From an uncultured Gammaproteobacteria bacterium (GTDB taxonomy: Bacteria; Patescibacteriota; Microgenomatia; UBA10105; UBA927), in NCBI GenBank assembly GCA_964582845.1, contig CAZOTW010000003.1:4790-40820 (forward strand): DNA of 36,031 nt, given 5' to 3'. Of this stretch, positions 1-10,447 are shown one piece after another (the first letter of the stretch is position 1; every line of letters starts with the position of its first letter). The position numbers and the translations under genes are program-made. The notes beneath the pieces were generated by a model. It searched no databases. It was not told the DNA's origin and worked only from the letters and a program-made list of their open reading frames with translations.

Positions 1-2593
1 TGAGATCTTCCGCGCTGAAGGAATCGCGTCCAGGCAGGAAGCGGTTGACAGCTTGATCGATGTGACACAGCGTCCAAGTTCTCGCGCAGTAATTGCTCCG
101 CTTCGCTCACTTTCTGACATGCTTCGCGGAAAGCAAGGGCGATTCCGACAGAATTTATTGGGGAAGCGGGTCGATTATTCCGGTCGATCGGTTATTGTCG
201 TGGGTCCGGAATTGAATCTCACCCAGTGCGGACTTCCTAAAGAAATGGCACTTGAAATGTTCAAGCCGTTTGTGCTTCGTGAACTTATTGTTCGCGGGAT
301 AGCGCCAAACGTCAAGAATGCGAAAAACGTGCTCGAACGACGTACGCCTGAAGTGTTTGACATCTTGGAGGAAATTACGAAAAATCATCCGGTTCTTCTG
401 AACCGCGCACCGACACTCCATAAACTGGGTATTCAGGCATTTTATCCGATCCTTATTGAAGGATCGGCAATTCGTATCCACCCGTGCGTCTGTGCGGGGT
501 ATAATGCGGATTTCGACGGAGACCAAATGGCGGTTCATATCCCTCTTTCCAAAGAGAGCCAGCATGAAGCCATCCATTTGATGCTTCCGACGCATAATTT
601 GCTAAAACCCGCTGACGGATCTCCCATTACGGTTCCCAATAAAGAAATGGTTTTGGGTTGTTATTATCTAACGACAGTGGAAGCGGATAAAGAATCGATT
701 GACGAGAAAGAGCTTCCGATGTTCGGCGATACTTCCGATCTGATTTTTGTCTATCAAAGCGGGAGAGTCGGTTTGCGCGTCCCCGTTCGCCTCCGTTTGA
801 ATGGCGAATGGATCGTGACGACTGTCGGTAAGGTACTTTTCAATGAAATCCTTCCCTCGGAACTTCGATTTATCAATACTCCGGTGAAGGCGGCAACCAT
901 AAAATCGCTTATCACCCAAGCCTTGGGCGTGTATAGCAAAGAAGAAGTTGTGGCCCTCATCGATGCGGTCAAAAACGTTGGCTTTTTGGGGGCAACCCTG
1001 TGCGGCGGACTTTCTGTTTCTGTCTTTGACTGTGTCATGGTGGATGAAAAAGATAAAATCGTCAACGAAGCGGAAGATAAAGTCAAAGAAGTTGACCAAA
1101 ACTATCAACAGGGACTTATTACTCTCGAAGAAAAGAAACGATTGTCCAATGAAATTTGGATCGAAGTCACCGAGCGAATCGCTGACATCACGTGGCAGCG
1201 CATGGCAAAAGATAATCCCGTGAAGATGATTATCGATTCCGGCGGCGCCCGCGCGTCCAAAGATCAATTGAAGCAGCTTTCCGCTATCAAAGGATTGGTT
1301 GTGGATCCGTTGGGCAAGATTGTGGAGCTTCCGACAAAGAGTAATTACCGGGAGGGATTATCCATTTTTGAATACGTGACGAGTACCCGAGGATCCCGAA
1401 AAGGGCTCACGGATTCAGCCCTGAAAACCGCCGATGCAGGATACCTGACGCGGCGACTGGTAGACGTATCCCATGACATGATTATCCGTATGGAAGATTG
1501 CGGGACGAGTGAAGGATGGGAAGTATTCAGAAAAGAAGATCGTCAGGCAGCATTCGCCATGCGGGTTATCGGTCGTTTCACGGCAGCTGACGTCATAGCG
1601 CCCAATAGTAAAAAAGTGCTTATCGCCAAAGATGAAGAGCTTACCGAGGAAAACATCAAACTCCTAGATGAACATGGTGTGGAATTTGTCCTGGTCCGAT
1701 CGCCGATTAGCTGTCAGGCGCCGGTTGGGATGTGTGCCAAATGTTACGGACGTGATTTTTCTACAAATGCCGATGTGCAAATGGGTACTCCTGTTGGCGT
1801 CATAGCTGCCCAATCTATCGGAGAGCCCGGTACACAGCTGACGATGCGTGTCAGGCACGCTGGAGGCATTGTGGGGCTTGACGTGACACAAGGCCTGCCT
1901 CGTGTAGAGGAACTGTTTGAATCCCGTACGCCGCGAGTCCTTTCGCCGCTTGTGGAAATTGCCGGAAAAGTTGAAGTAACTGAAACGGAATCCGGATACA
2001 ATGTCCGTGTTCGTAATACCGCGATGAAGCCACCGGAAGAGCGGGAATACGTTATTCCTCTGACGAGTGAGCTCAAAGTCGCCGATGGTGACCTGGTGGC
2101 TGCGGGCGATCAATTATCGAGCGGTTATTTGGATTTGAAAGAAGTGCTTCAGGTTCGGGGGCTTCGTGGGGCGCAGAAGTACTTAATTACCGAAATTCAG
2201 CGCGTCTATGAATCGCAGGGAATTATCATTCACGATAAGCATTTTGAAGTCATTGTGCGCAAAATGAGCGACAAAGTGCGTGCCGATACATCAGGCGACA
2301 CGATGCTTTTGCCGGGCGAACTAGTAGACCGGATGCGTTTCCAAGATGAAAACGCGCGGGTCCTTGCTGAAGGCGGCGAACCGGCGACAGCTCAAATTAT
2401 CGTGCTTGGTATTACGCGGGCATCGCTCTTTACCGAGTCATGGCTTTCTGCTGCTTCCTTCCAGGAAACCACGAATGTGCTTACTGATGCAGCGCTTGCG
2501 GCAAAAGAAGATAAATTGCTGGGACTCAAAGAAAACGTTATAATTGGCAGACTGATTCCGGTTTCTCCGGAGCGAGCAAGGATAAAAACATAA
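1..2593 (+). CDS. rpoC: DNA-directed RNA polymerase subunit beta-prime (5' end lies outside the window)
   Basis: The frame is open from position 2 (..[11 protein letters not shown]..). Contains [27 protein letters not shown], the catalytic [12 protein letters not shown] motif and a conserved C-terminal region. Stop at 2591-2593. Confidence 0.97.
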   Translation, partial: EIFRAEGIASRQEAVDSLIDVTQRPSSRAVIAPLRSLSDMLRGKQGRFRQNLLGKRVDYSGRSVIVVGPELNLTQCGLPKEMALEMFKPFVLRELIVRGIAPNVKNAKNVLERRTPEVFDILEEITKNHPVLLNRAPTLHKLGIQAFYPILIEGSAIRIHPCVCAGYNADFDGDQMAVHIPLSKESQHEAIHLMLPTHNLLKPADGSPITVPNKEMVLGCYYLTTVEADKESIDEKELPMFGDTSDLIFVYQSGRVGLRVPVRLRLNGEWIVTTVGKVLFNEILPSELRFINTPVKAATIKSLITQALGVYSKEEVVALIDAVKNVGFLGATLCGGLSVSVFDCVMVDEKDKIVNEAEDKVKEVDQNYQQGLITLEEKKRLSNEIWIEVTERIADITWQRMAKDNPVKMIIDSGGARASKDQLKQLSAIKGLVVDPLGKIVELPTKSNYREGLSIFEYVTSTRGSRKGLTDSALKTADAGYLTRRLVDVSHDMIIRMEDCGTSEGWEVFRKEDRQAAFAMRVIGRFTAADVIAPNSKKVLIAKDEELTEENIKLLDEHGVEFVLVRSPISCQAPVGMCAKCYGRDFSTNADVQMGTPVGVIAAQSIGEPGTQLTMRVRHAGGIVGLDVTQGLPRVEELFESRTPRVLSPLVEIAGKVEVTETESGYNVRVRNTAMKPPEEREYVIPLTSELKVADGDLVAAGDQLSSGYLDLKEVLQVRGLRGAQKYLITEIQRVYESQGIIIHDKHFEVIVRKMSDKVRADTSGDTMLLPGELVDRMRFQDENARVLAEGGEPATAQIIVLGITRASLFTESWLSAASFQETTNVLTDAALAAKEDKLLGLKENVIIGRLIPVSPERARIKT

Positions 2594-2666
2594 ATACGTT
2601 GATCGTCAATCGTTAATCGTTGTTCGAAAGACGATGAACGAAGAACGATGAACGAACTAACGAATT

Positions 2667-3104
2667 ATGCCGACCGTCAATCAATTAGTCCGTCATGGAC
2701 GACATAGCAAATCAAAAAAGATTAAAGCAACGGCTCTACGGAAGTTTTTTAACGCCAAAGACCGTTTGACCAAACAGCTTCCGTCTCCGTTTAAGCGGGG
2801 AGTGGTGACGCTGGTTAAAACGATGACGCCGAAAAAACCGAACTCGGCACTCCGAAAGGTTGCGCGTGTCCGTTTGTCCAACAAGCAGGAAGTCACCGCG
2901 TATATTCCTGGAATTGGACATGAGCTTACGGAGCATGCTATTGTGCTTGTTCGCGGAGGGCGAGTACCGGATTTACCCGGTGTCAAATATCACATTGTCC
3001 GCGGAAAATTTGACTCTTCGGGAGTTGCGAATCGGAAACAAGGGCGGAGCCGCTATGGCGCAAAAGCCGGTAGTACCGGTCCGGCGACGGCTGCCGCCAG
3101 TTAA
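2667..3104 (+). CDS. rpsL: 30S ribosomal protein S12
   Basis: MPTVNQLVR.., [35 protein letters not shown]. Has an internal N-proximal insertion and an Ala-rich C-terminal tail. Confidence 0.97.
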   Translation: MPTVNQLVRHGRHSKSKKIKATALRKFFNAKDRLTKQLPSPFKRGVVTLVKTMTPKKPNSALRKVARVRLSNKQEVTAYIPGIGHELTEHAIVLVRGGRVPDLPGVKYHIVRGKFDSSGVANRKQGRSRYGAKAGSTGPATAAAS

Positions 3105-3118
3105 TCAATTATTAATGT

Positions 3119-3595
3119 ATGTCACGTTCAGGACGCGTTATCAAATCTTTACATGCATCTGATCCCGTTTATGGGAACAGGTTGCTTGGCCGATTTATCA
3201 ATCGGGTGATGCATAGCGGGAAAAAGCGTACGGCAGAGCGGCAAGTGTATGGTGCACTGGATGTCATAAAAGAAAAAGGAGAGGATCCTATCAAAGTTTT
3301 TGAAACCGCAATAGCCAATGCCGGACCTAAAATGGAAGTAAAGGCGCGTCGGGTAGGTGGCGCTTCGTATCAGGTCCCGACGGAAGTACGCGGTGACCGG
3401 CGAGTCGCTCTTGCCATGCGGTGGATTGTCGGGTTTGCGAACAAACGGTCCAATAAAGAATACAAATCATTTGCAGAAAAATTAGCGGTGGAACTTATGG
3501 AAGCCGCCAAAGGCCAAGGGGACGCCATCAAAAAACGTGATACGGTGCACCGCATGGCAGAGGCCAACAGGGCGTTTGCACACTTCAAATGGTAA
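3119..3595 (+). CDS. rpsG: 30S ribosomal protein S7
   Basis: Follows rpsL. Contains [15 protein letters not shown] and a C-terminal ..RAFAHFKW. Confidence 0.97.
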   Translation: MSRSGRVIKSLHASDPVYGNRLLGRFINRVMHSGKKRTAERQVYGALDVIKEKGEDPIKVFETAIANAGPKMEVKARRVGGASYQVPTEVRGDRRVALAMRWIVGFANKRSNKEYKSFAEKLAVELMEAAKGQGDAIKKRDTVHRMAEANRAFAHFKW

Positions 3596-3606
3596 ACCCT
3601 CTCGTT

Positions 3607-4068
3607 TTATCCTTTTAGCGCCACGACGACGCTATCGGCCCAGGAGTTAATTTTGTCCATATTGCCCGTCTGGTCGGAGTAGAATTTATCAATCCGAAGC
3701 GACGGGACAATTAACTTTCCCTTCATGGTCTTGACCAATTCTTCCAGGTGATCGACAGCGCCGCAAAAGTGCTTGTAGGATGAGTCGCCCAACCCGAAAA
3801 TGACAAACGGTTTTCCTTCGACCGTAACCGTTTTAAGTTTTTCCATGAGCGGTAGGAAATCTTCGTGCGGCATACCCTCGTGACCTTCAAAATCCCAACT
3901 CGGTGAACCCATAAGTATCGCGTGTGGAGCCGAAAAATTTTCAATGGTGGTATCGCGTGCTTCTTTCATGGTGACCGAGTGACCCGCTTTGGTCAGCTTG
4001 TCGGCAACCGTTTGAGCAGTCGTCATCGTGGTTCCTGAATTTGTCGCATAAACGATAAGAATATTCAT
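3607..4068 (-). CDS. flavodoxin (short-chain type)
   Basis: MNILIVYATNSGTT phosphate-binding loop, GSPSWDFEG and FGLGDSSY motifs. AAGGAGGGG Shine-Dalgarno sequence upstream on the minus strand. Convergent with rpsG, with only 11 nt between the stops. Confidence 0.85.
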   Translation of the reverse strand: MNILIVYATNSGTTMTTAQTVADKLTKAGHSVTMKEARDTTIENFSAPHAILMGSPSWDFEGHEGMPHEDFLPLMEKLKTVTVEGKPFVIFGLGDSSYKHFCGAVDHLEELVKTMKGKLIVPSLRIDKFYSDQTGNMDKINSWADSVVVALKG

Positions 4069-4171
4069 GGTTTCCCCTCCTTACTCGTATATAGAAATTG
4101 TACACTGGGTTGTTTTACAATAGCAAGCGTAAGTCCCGAGTGTAATCGAGGGACGCGAGAGTTATTTTATT

Positions 4172-4777
4172 ATGAATCAAAGAGTGAAGTCTCATTTCCA
4201 AAAGGCTGACCCGATACTCTTTGGCGTACTCCAGAAAATAGAGAAAAAGGACGAGCTAGTGCCGCGAAAAAGTGATGATTATTTTTCAGATATCTGTCAG
4301 GCAATTATTAATCAACAGCTGTCGGATAAAGCGGGCGCCACAATTTTTAAACGGTTCGTACACTTGTTTCCACATGGGAAAGTGACGCCGCAGAGCCTCA
4401 TGCGATTATCCGATACGCAGATTCGCGCGGTTGGTCCATCGGGAAGCAAGGTACAGTTCCTTAAATCTCTGGCGCGAAGCGTCATAGCAAAAGAAATTGT
4501 TTTTACTGCTCTTGAAACGCTATCCGATGAAGATGTTAGGAAAGAATTAGTGAAGCTTAAAGGAATCGGCCCGTGGACTGCGGAAATGTTTCTTATGTTC
4601 TCGCTCGGGCGGGAAGATGTATTTTCCTATGGCGATTTGGGCTTGAGAAGGGCTATCCAAAAACTTTACAACTTCAAAAAAGAACCAACAAAGCGACAGA
4701 TGGAAAAAGTTACGAATAGGTGGATGCCATATAGGACGTATGCATGTCGCATTCTATGGAGAAGTTTGGAAATATAA
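4172..4777 (+). CDS. HhH-GPD superfamily DNA glycosylase (AlkA / 3-methyladenine glycosylase II-like)
   Basis: LKGIGPWTAEMFLMFSLGREDVFSYGDLGLRRAI, i.e. a helix-hairpin-helix plus Gly/Pro loop and a conserved Asp. Confidence 0.8.
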   Translation: MNQRVKSHFQKADPILFGVLQKIEKKDELVPRKSDDYFSDICQAIINQQLSDKAGATIFKRFVHLFPHGKVTPQSLMRLSDTQIRAVGPSGSKVQFLKSLARSVIAKEIVFTALETLSDEDVRKELVKLKGIGPWTAEMFLMFSLGREDVFSYGDLGLRRAIQKLYNFKKEPTKRQMEKVTNRWMPYRTYACRILWRSLEI

Positions 4778-4800
4778 AAAATGCGGTACAATAGTATTAT

Positions 4801-5160
4801 ATGAAAATTGCTATCTTTCTTCTGTTTCTTGGGCTCGTTACTGTCGTGTTACTTTTTCCTTTCGTCATGAAGGAAAAGGCGTGTTACGAACAATCACAGG
4901 TGGGATTAGATTTTATCGGGTATAGTGTGCCAGCGCGCGGGTGGGACATAACGGAAGTATGTAAACGGCGTGTGGTGGTGCTTGGTACTCTTGAAGAGTG
5001 TATCCACCAGGCAACGAGGTCAGGCGGCCTTTTGACGAAATACACAAATGGCGTGGTACAAGGAGCCGTTTATATCGTCCGGCCCCTCACCAAAGGATTT
5101 GATACCCTGAAAACCGAGCACAATCAAGAGTGCGCGGATTACGAACAGTATCAGATGTAA
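4801..5160 (+). CDS. hypothetical small secreted or membrane-anchored Cys-containing protein
   Basis: N-terminal hydrophobic segment MKIAIFLLFLGLVTVVLLFPF, 4 Cys. A TACAAT box ends 8 nt before the ATG. Confidence 0.45.
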   Translation: MKIAIFLLFLGLVTVVLLFPFVMKEKACYEQSQVGLDFIGYSVPARGWDITEVCKRRVVVLGTLEECIHQATRSGGLLTKYTNGVVQGAVYIVRPLTKGFDTLKTEHNQECADYEQYQM

Positions 5161-5212
5161 ATATCGCGAGTCTACTATGACCGACTGGTTCTATACGATA
5201 CAATAGATCTGT

Positions 5213-6181
5213 ATGCAGCTTAACTGGGTTGATGTAGTGATTATTGCGATTGTTGCATATTCTGCGTTTCGGGGATGGAAGACGGGGCTTGTCCTTCTGT
5301 TTTCGAACCTCATTTCTTTTATTATTGCGTTGTGGCTGGCGATCAAATTCAACGGAGTGGTGAGTGGGTTTCTTGCAGATAAATTTGGCGTTCCCGCTCT
5401 TTGGGCAACGGTTGCCGGGTATATCGTGGTTGGGTTTACTGCCGAGGTAGTGCTTACTGAATTATTTACGTTGATGATCAGAAAAATACCGGATAAATTG
5501 GCGCTATCCTGGGTAAATAATTGGCTCGGCGCATTGGTGTCGGCCGTCAACGGATTTCTCATCGTCGCATTTTTTATTTTAATTATCTCCGTACTGCCTC
5601 TTCGAGGGACCGTGAAAAATGACATTCGCAAGTCTCAGGTTGGGAAATACATTGTGACGCTCGTCGCTACCCATGGCGGACCGTTGCAATCGACCGTGAA
5701 TGAAGTAGGGAAGAAGGCGACAAAATTTTTTACCATAGAACCGGGGTCGAAAGGCAGTCTTACTATAGATGTTGCTCCGAAGGCATCAGACCTCCATGTG
5801 GATTCGAATTCGGAAGCCCAGATGGTGCAACTCGTGAATGCCGAAAGAAAACTAGCTGGCGTGCCTTCGCTCACTGTCGATTCCAAGATCACAGAAGTAG
5901 CCCGAGAGCATAGCCGCGACATGTTTTTGCGGCGCTATTTTTCTCATCTCACGCCGGAAGGGAAGGATGCCGGTACCCGGATGGAAAATGGGGGCGTCGT
6001 GTTCACCCAGGCGGGAGAAAATATTGCTTATACACCGGATTTACTTACCGCGCATCAGGGGCTCATGGATAGCGAAGAGCATCGGAAAAATATTTTAGAC
6101 CCCGAGTTTCATCGAATCGGCATAGGTATTATTTCTACAGACAGCTTCGGCATGATGGTGACCCAGGAATTTGCAAATTGA
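5213..6181 (+). CDS. CvpA-family membrane domain fused to a CAP/SCP (YkwD-like) extracytoplasmic domain
   Basis: N-terminal half has 4 TM helices beginning MQLNWVDVVIIAI..FRGWKTG (CvpA-like). C-terminal part has LVNAERKLAGVP..AREHSRDM..FSHL..GENIAY..HRKNILDPEFHRIGIG (CAP domain). Confidence 0.75.
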   Translation: MQLNWVDVVIIAIVAYSAFRGWKTGLVLLFSNLISFIIALWLAIKFNGVVSGFLADKFGVPALWATVAGYIVVGFTAEVVLTELFTLMIRKIPDKLALSWVNNWLGALVSAVNGFLIVAFFILIISVLPLRGTVKNDIRKSQVGKYIVTLVATHGGPLQSTVNEVGKKATKFFTIEPGSKGSLTIDVAPKASDLHVDSNSEAQMVQLVNAERKLAGVPSLTVDSKITEVAREHSRDMFLRRYFSHLTPEGKDAGTRMENGGVVFTQAGENIAYTPDLLTAHQGLMDSEEHRKNILDPEFHRIGIGIISTDSFGMMVTQEFAN

Positions 6182-6194
6182 TTACTTCACTTGA

Positions 6195-6890
6195 TTAGTT
6201 TCCGCTATTGAGGATGACGGTGGACCCTTTGAAATTGGTTATGGTAAATGGCGTTTCGCCGTGAAACAGCTTAGATCCCTGTGCGTTGACGGTTACATAC
6301 GTGGTAAGGTTTGGCGATGTTGTGATGGGTTGAAAATTCATATCGATGAGCTGAAACGTCTGTGATGGTGCCGTGATACCCGATGATGGTGTAATCGCAA
6401 GTCCCACGTTTATCGTGCCCGTGAGATTCGCCTGACTCGTTGAGCTAAAGGTAAGTGCCGGTGCAAGCGCAGGATTTTTGCTGGTGCTGATGGAAACTAA
6501 TTTCATTTTTGTTTTATCGAAATCAATTCGTATTTGTCCTTGGTCGACAGACGATTCTGCGTTTACCCATAATTGAAGAAGCACCATGGGTTTTGTGCGG
6601 GATTCCGATGGTACGATCATGATATTGGCGCGAGAGTTGCCTGCTTTTGTCACAATATTCTGTGGTTTTTGGATTTGTTGGGCGATGACAAAACCGACAA
6701 CGAGCATCATGACAAACGAGAGTTTCCAGACAAATTGCGTGCGTACGCCACTATCTATTAATCGTTTATACCATGGGGTCGGGACGATGACCGTTTCCGG
6801 TATTTGTTCAAGTATGACTGTGGGAGGTTGAGAGCCTGGTTCTGTATGTTGTGAATCCGTTGACGATGGTGGTTGGTTATGATCGTCCAT
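6195..6890 (-). CDS. hypothetical membrane-anchored protein with a beta-rich extracytoplasmic domain
   Basis: Pro/Ser/Thr-rich N-terminus, a single TM helix (FVWKLSFVMMLVVGFVIAQQI), then a Ser/Thr/Asn-rich domain. No family recognised. Confidence 0.55.
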   Translation of the reverse strand: MDDHNQPPSSTDSQHTEPGSQPPTVILEQIPETVIVPTPWYKRLIDSGVRTQFVWKLSFVMMLVVGFVIAQQIQKPQNIVTKAGNSRANIMIVPSESRTKPMVLLQLWVNAESSVDQGQIRIDFDKTKMKLVSISTSKNPALAPALTFSSTSQANLTGTINVGLAITPSSGITAPSQTFQLIDMNFQPITTSPNLTTYVTVNAQGSKLFHGETPFTITNFKGSTVILNSGN

Positions 6891-7036
6891 AGGTGGCTAC
6901 CTCTATAATATTACTTGTAAATTACTATAGCAACATGTGTCTCCTTTGTCTCAAGAGTGGAAACGGACTATTGAAGCGGATGATATAGTAGTCCACTCAT
7001 TGACTTTTATATCGTAAATATGTTGAACTAGAGAAC

Positions 7037-7119
7037 TGTTAGGGGTGTCCCGAGCTTGTCGAGGGACTGAGATTATACCCTTTAAACCTGATCTGGATTA
7101 TACCAGCGGAGGGAAACAA
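7037..7119 (+). promoter_or_regulatory. TPP (THI-box) riboswitch aptamer
   Basis: UGUUAGGGGUGUCCCGAGCUUGUCGAGGGACUGAGAUUAUACCCUUUAAACCUGAUCUGGAUUAUACCAGCGGAGGGAAACAA. Matches block for block the E. coli thiM aptamer as I recall it (GGGGUGC..CUGAGA..ACCC..ACCUGAUCUGGAUAAUGCCAGCGUAGGGAA). The GGAGGG Shine-Dalgarno sequence lies inside the aptamer and the 3' strand of P1 abuts the ATG. Confidence 0.9.
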
Positions 7120-7635
7120 ATGAGCCAAGAACGCTCCCACATTTTAGAGCCTCGGATTACCAGCCCGTTTCGTAATGAATACAATTTGTATGAGCAAGGT
7201 GTTGCTCTTCTTATTTTTAATAGAGCAGGCAAAATACTATTAGTCAAAGAGACACACGACGACCCTAGGTACGGAAGGACAGTTGGTCAATGGAATATCG
7301 TTACGGAAACAAGGCAATTTGGCGAACGCGTAAAGCCGAACATACAACGAGCAATTGATGAAGAACTCGGAATGGATTACTCACTGTTTATGATTATTCC
7401 CCGAAGCTATCGGGAAACGAACGGGATATACAATAGAGAGATGGGGTACCGGTATAAATATCGATGTGTATGTTTTGTATACGAAGGGGATCCCGATAGA
7501 CCCGCACATGAGGTATTTCACTGTAATTCCGGCGAAATTGCCGGGTATCAGTGGGTTGCGCCGGATGCGTTAGATCTTTATAATATCGAACCTGGCGCGC
7601 GAAAGGTCATTGAATATTATAAAAGTTTTGGTTGA
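7120..7635 (+). CDS. Nudix-family hydrolase-like protein (degenerate Nudix box)
   Basis: Start ATG at 7120 sits 6 nt after GGAGGG. GVALLIFNRAGKILLVKE...WNIVTETRQFGE-RVKPNIQ-RAIDEELGM fits E-x7-R(E/A)UxEExGU. The track start at 7045 reads through the riboswitch. Confidence 0.65.
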   Translation: MSQERSHILEPRITSPFRNEYNLYEQGVALLIFNRAGKILLVKETHDDPRYGRTVGQWNIVTETRQFGERVKPNIQRAIDEELGMDYSLFMIIPRSYRETNGIYNREMGYRYKYRCVCFVYEGDPDRPAHEVFHCNSGEIAGYQWVAPDALDLYNIEPGARKVIEYYKSFG

Positions 7636-7699
7636 CTCTTTTGCCTCGTGGAAGAAGTTTCATTAGTACGCCTTCAGATTCAGGACAACGATAGTATCT

Positions 7700-8344
7700 T
7701 TACTCAGAAATAGGAGCGGGTTCCTTGGCGATTATGGTAAAACTTCCCTCAAGGGAGTCTACGTCACCTATACTACTTTCCATAGAATGAATCGTAGCGG
7801 ATGTTGGATTCTCGATAGACATCATACCGGTGGCTATTCTATAGGCGCTGGGATTTACCAATAAATTATTCAGTCTACGTAAATCTTCGTCGCGTACTTC
7901 TGCTCTCATAAACGGATATGTATACGTGTCGCCAATCTGTTCCCGATGACCGTTTATGGGGCCTTGTCCCTCGACCAATCTTAATAAGTCTACCGTTCTC
8001 TCCCCATGTCGAAGCAGTCCCGCTTCTCTTCGGGCGACGTCCCATCCTTCGCCGTCATGAGGGTCTAATATCTTGGTGGCATAGGTGCTAGAGATCGGGA
8101 GGTTGGTCTGTGTTTTGACTCGTGTTACTTCAATACCATTCTGCTTCGCAATATCGAGGATTTGATTACATAACCTCGTTATATCAGCGCGTAATTCATC
8201 TCGCCCCTCTGGTGTTCTTATGTCCCGGGCTGCACCACAGTTTGTCGCTACGATCCAAAACCGGCCGTATTTTGCTTCTAATGTGGCTGGATCAAGACCT
8301 TTGTCTTTTGGTTCAAAAAATTTTGGCGCTTCTAGTTGTGACAT
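7700..8344 (-). CDS. hypothetical protein
   Basis: 214-aa ORF with ordinary composition, convergent with the Nudix gene. No motif recognised. Confidence 0.55.
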   Translation of the reverse strand: MSQLEAPKFFEPKDKGLDPATLEAKYGRFWIVATNCGAARDIRTPEGRDELRADITRLCNQILDIAKQNGIEVTRVKTQTNLPISSTYATKILDPHDGEGWDVARREAGLLRHGERTVDLLRLVEGQGPINGHREQIGDTYTYPFMRAEVRDEDLRRLNNLLVNPSAYRIATGMMSIENPTSATIHSMESSIGDVDSLEGSFTIIAKEPAPISE

Positions 8345-8429
8345 ATCGATATTGGAAAATCTGCGATTATATTGTTCTAATGGTCCATAGTATACTCATT
8401 CGCCTTTTCATTTGCAATAGATTTCATTT

Positions 8430-8458
8430 TTGCCCCAACTCCCTAAACGTATTATACT
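8430..8458 (+). promoter_or_regulatory. candidate sigma70-type promoter (TTGCCC-N17-TATACT)
   Basis: Hexamers at 8430-8435 and 8453-8458 with 17-nt spacing, 20 nt upstream of the flavodoxin ATG. Confidence 0.4.
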
Positions 8459-8477
8459 TTGGATGAATCCGTTTCCT

Positions 8478-8960
8478 ATGAACATATTAGTCGTTTATGA
8501 TTCCATGTATGGCAATACCAAAGAAATTGCCAAAGCGATTGCGGGTGGGTTTGGAAAATCGGACACCGTGAAGTTGGTGCAGGCCCGTGAAGCGAAACTT
8601 TCGGATCTTCAGTCCCTCGATCTTCTCGTTGTCGGCTCGCCGACACAGGGAGGGAGAGCCACGTCCTCGGTATATGATTTCTTTACCGATATTCCCCAAA
8701 ACGGGCTAAGCGGTGTGGGTGTGGCCGCATTCGATACGCGTTTTGAACCGGAACTCCAAGGGAAAGCACTGCGTCTGGTCATGGGAATTCTGGGATATGC
8801 TGCGACAAAAATCGGAAACTCACTGACCCAAAAAGGCGGCCGCCTCGTCGTCCCCCCGGAGGGCTTTATCGTTCGCGGTAAAGAGGGACCACTTAAAGAA
8901 GGGGAACTCAAACGCGCGGCCACGTGGGCTGCCGCTCTTCGCACGAACAAAAGGGTATGA
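8478..8960 (+). CDS. flavodoxin-fold protein
   Basis: MNILVVYDSMYGNTKEIAKAIAGG.. and VVGSPTQGG are typical flavodoxin motifs. I chose the ATG at 8478 rather than the track start at 8430. Confidence 0.8.
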   Translation: MNILVVYDSMYGNTKEIAKAIAGGFGKSDTVKLVQAREAKLSDLQSLDLLVVGSPTQGGRATSSVYDFFTDIPQNGLSGVGVAAFDTRFEPELQGKALRLVMGILGYAATKIGNSLTQKGGRLVVPPEGFIVRGKEGPLKEGELKRAATWAAALRTNKRV

Positions 8961-9121
8961 TGCTGTAGAGAATGGCTTATAGTTGATTAATATGAGATAA
9001 TACACTGCTCTTTCCAAGAGTATTCATCACCTTCGTAATCGCACGATCGCACATTGATATACGATGAATTTTTGACCTATCGCTACGGAAAAGCGGTTTT
9101 TTCGTTTGGAGGGTTCCATCC

Positions 9122-9352
9122 ATGAAACAGGAAAAACCTGTCCGCAAGGGGCGACGAGGGAGTATTAAAGTGAAATGGGAGGAGTTCTTTATTGGCGCGG
9201 TGCTAATTGGGATTTCAATAATCCTAATTGGCGTAATTTGCAATGCTCTGAATCCCCCGGTCATCGCCACCATGATGGTGATGGTTATCCCTTTTAGCTT
9301 CGCACTGTGGCTTCTTTACCTCGCATATCTATGCGATTTTCATCCGTCGTAA
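9122..9352 (+). CDS. hypothetical small membrane protein (2 TM)
   Basis: GGAGGG lies 8 nt upstream of the ATG. Basic N-terminus followed by two hydrophobic helices. Confidence 0.45.
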   Translation: MKQEKPVRKGRRGSIKVKWEEFFIGAVLIGISIILIGVICNALNPPVIATMMVMVIPFSFALWLLYLAYLCDFHPS

Positions 9353-9573
9353 GGGCCCCACAAAAGCGCGAAATGTCGGCATAACCTTCCTTTTATTGAG
9401 AGAGGCCAGGAGTGTACACGCGCATCACGCGCACTTTGCATTTGCAATCGTACACACACCGGCCCCTCAGTTTTCTTTGATGTGTAGCGCTTACCACACT
9501 CACACGAAGTGCTGAATGGAACTTTCCCGCGCCGCCCTCTGGCCAACCTCATTCCATGTGAGATAATCAGTCC

Positions 9574-10434
9574 ATGAACCTTATTATTCCTCTTCTCCTC
9601 TCCTTTGTTCCCATGATTATGTGGGGGACGATGGATGTTTTGGGCGGACTCCTTGCGCGAAAAGCACCTGCAACAATTGGTTTTTTTACCACACAATTGA
9701 TGGGTCTCCTTATAACACTTACTTTTTTGCCCTTCATTCCGAAACCAACAGTCATAACCATAATTCCTTTATTTCTCCTCGGCATACTTCCCGTATTTTC
9801 ATGGCTTCTGTATTTTAAAGCCGCTCAAGTCACGGATATTTCCATCGTCGGCCCCATATCCCGGGTTGATTTTGTTCTGACAAGTATATTGGGTATGGTA
9901 TTTCTGCAGGAAGCAGCGACCCCGGCGAAATTTATCAGCATCGGTTTGGTATTTGTGGGAAGTGGTCTATTGTCTCTGGACTGGTCAAAGCTTACTCATA
10001 AAAAAATTCCGAACTTAACGGTCGGTGCTGTCCTTGCCTTTTTCTGCGCGGTTGCTGTCGGCTTGCAGCTTTTCTTGATGGCGCCGGAATCCCGTATAAA
10101 CGGATGGTATTACACGTCATTATTTTTACGTATCGCCGCCACCGCGTATGCAGGACTATGCGTCGTTCTGTTTAAGCAAACGAAAACGTTATTTCAATCG
10201 TATTTACCTTGGAAATTGATAGCTGGCGTGGCATTGGTGGACGTTATCGGATTGAGTGTTTATAACTTCACTGTCATGCGGTATCCGGTATCGTATGTGT
10301 CCGTTATCGTGTCCTGCGCGTCCTTCGTTACCATCCTTATCGCCCGCTTATGGTTAAAGGAAAAACTCCGTTCGCTCCAATACGTCGGAATTTTTCTGAT
10401 GATATTAGGCATTATCAGTTTACAAATCTCCTGA
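9574..10434 (+). CDS. EamA/DMT-family transporter
   Basis: About 10 predicted TM helices in two similar halves, with an N-terminal ..MIMWGTMDV.. typical of EamA. TGaGATAAT ends 6 nt before the ATG. Confidence 0.8.
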   Translation: MNLIIPLLLSFVPMIMWGTMDVLGGLLARKAPATIGFFTTQLMGLLITLTFLPFIPKPTVITIIPLFLLGILPVFSWLLYFKAAQVTDISIVGPISRVDFVLTSILGMVFLQEAATPAKFISIGLVFVGSGLLSLDWSKLTHKKIPNLTVGAVLAFFCAVAVGLQLFLMAPESRINGWYYTSLFLRIAATAYAGLCVVLFKQTKTLFQSYLPWKLIAGVALVDVIGLSVYNFTVMRYPVSYVSVIVSCASFVTILIARLWLKEKLRSLQYVGIFLMILGIISLQIS

Positions 10435-10447
10435 ATCGATTCAGGAG
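10428..10447. repeat. perfect 20-bp palindrome spanning the EamA stop codon
   Basis: CTCCTGAATC|GATTCAGGAG. It directly abuts repeat R1. Confidence 0.9.

Noticed and set aside
7045-7119. N-terminal extension of the Nudix ORF (track start at GTG 7045, MSRACRGTEIIPFKPDLDYTSGGKQ)
   Set aside because: These codons are the TPP riboswitch aptamer. A GGAGGG Shine-Dalgarno sequence 6 nt before the ATG at 7120 marks the real start.
8977-9696. Minus-strand ORFs 8977-9273 and 9340-9696
   Set aside because: They overlap the Shine-Dalgarno-supported small membrane ORF and the EamA start. The Arg/Cys-rich sequences look non-coding. I also looked for a riboswitch in 9353-9573 and recognised none.
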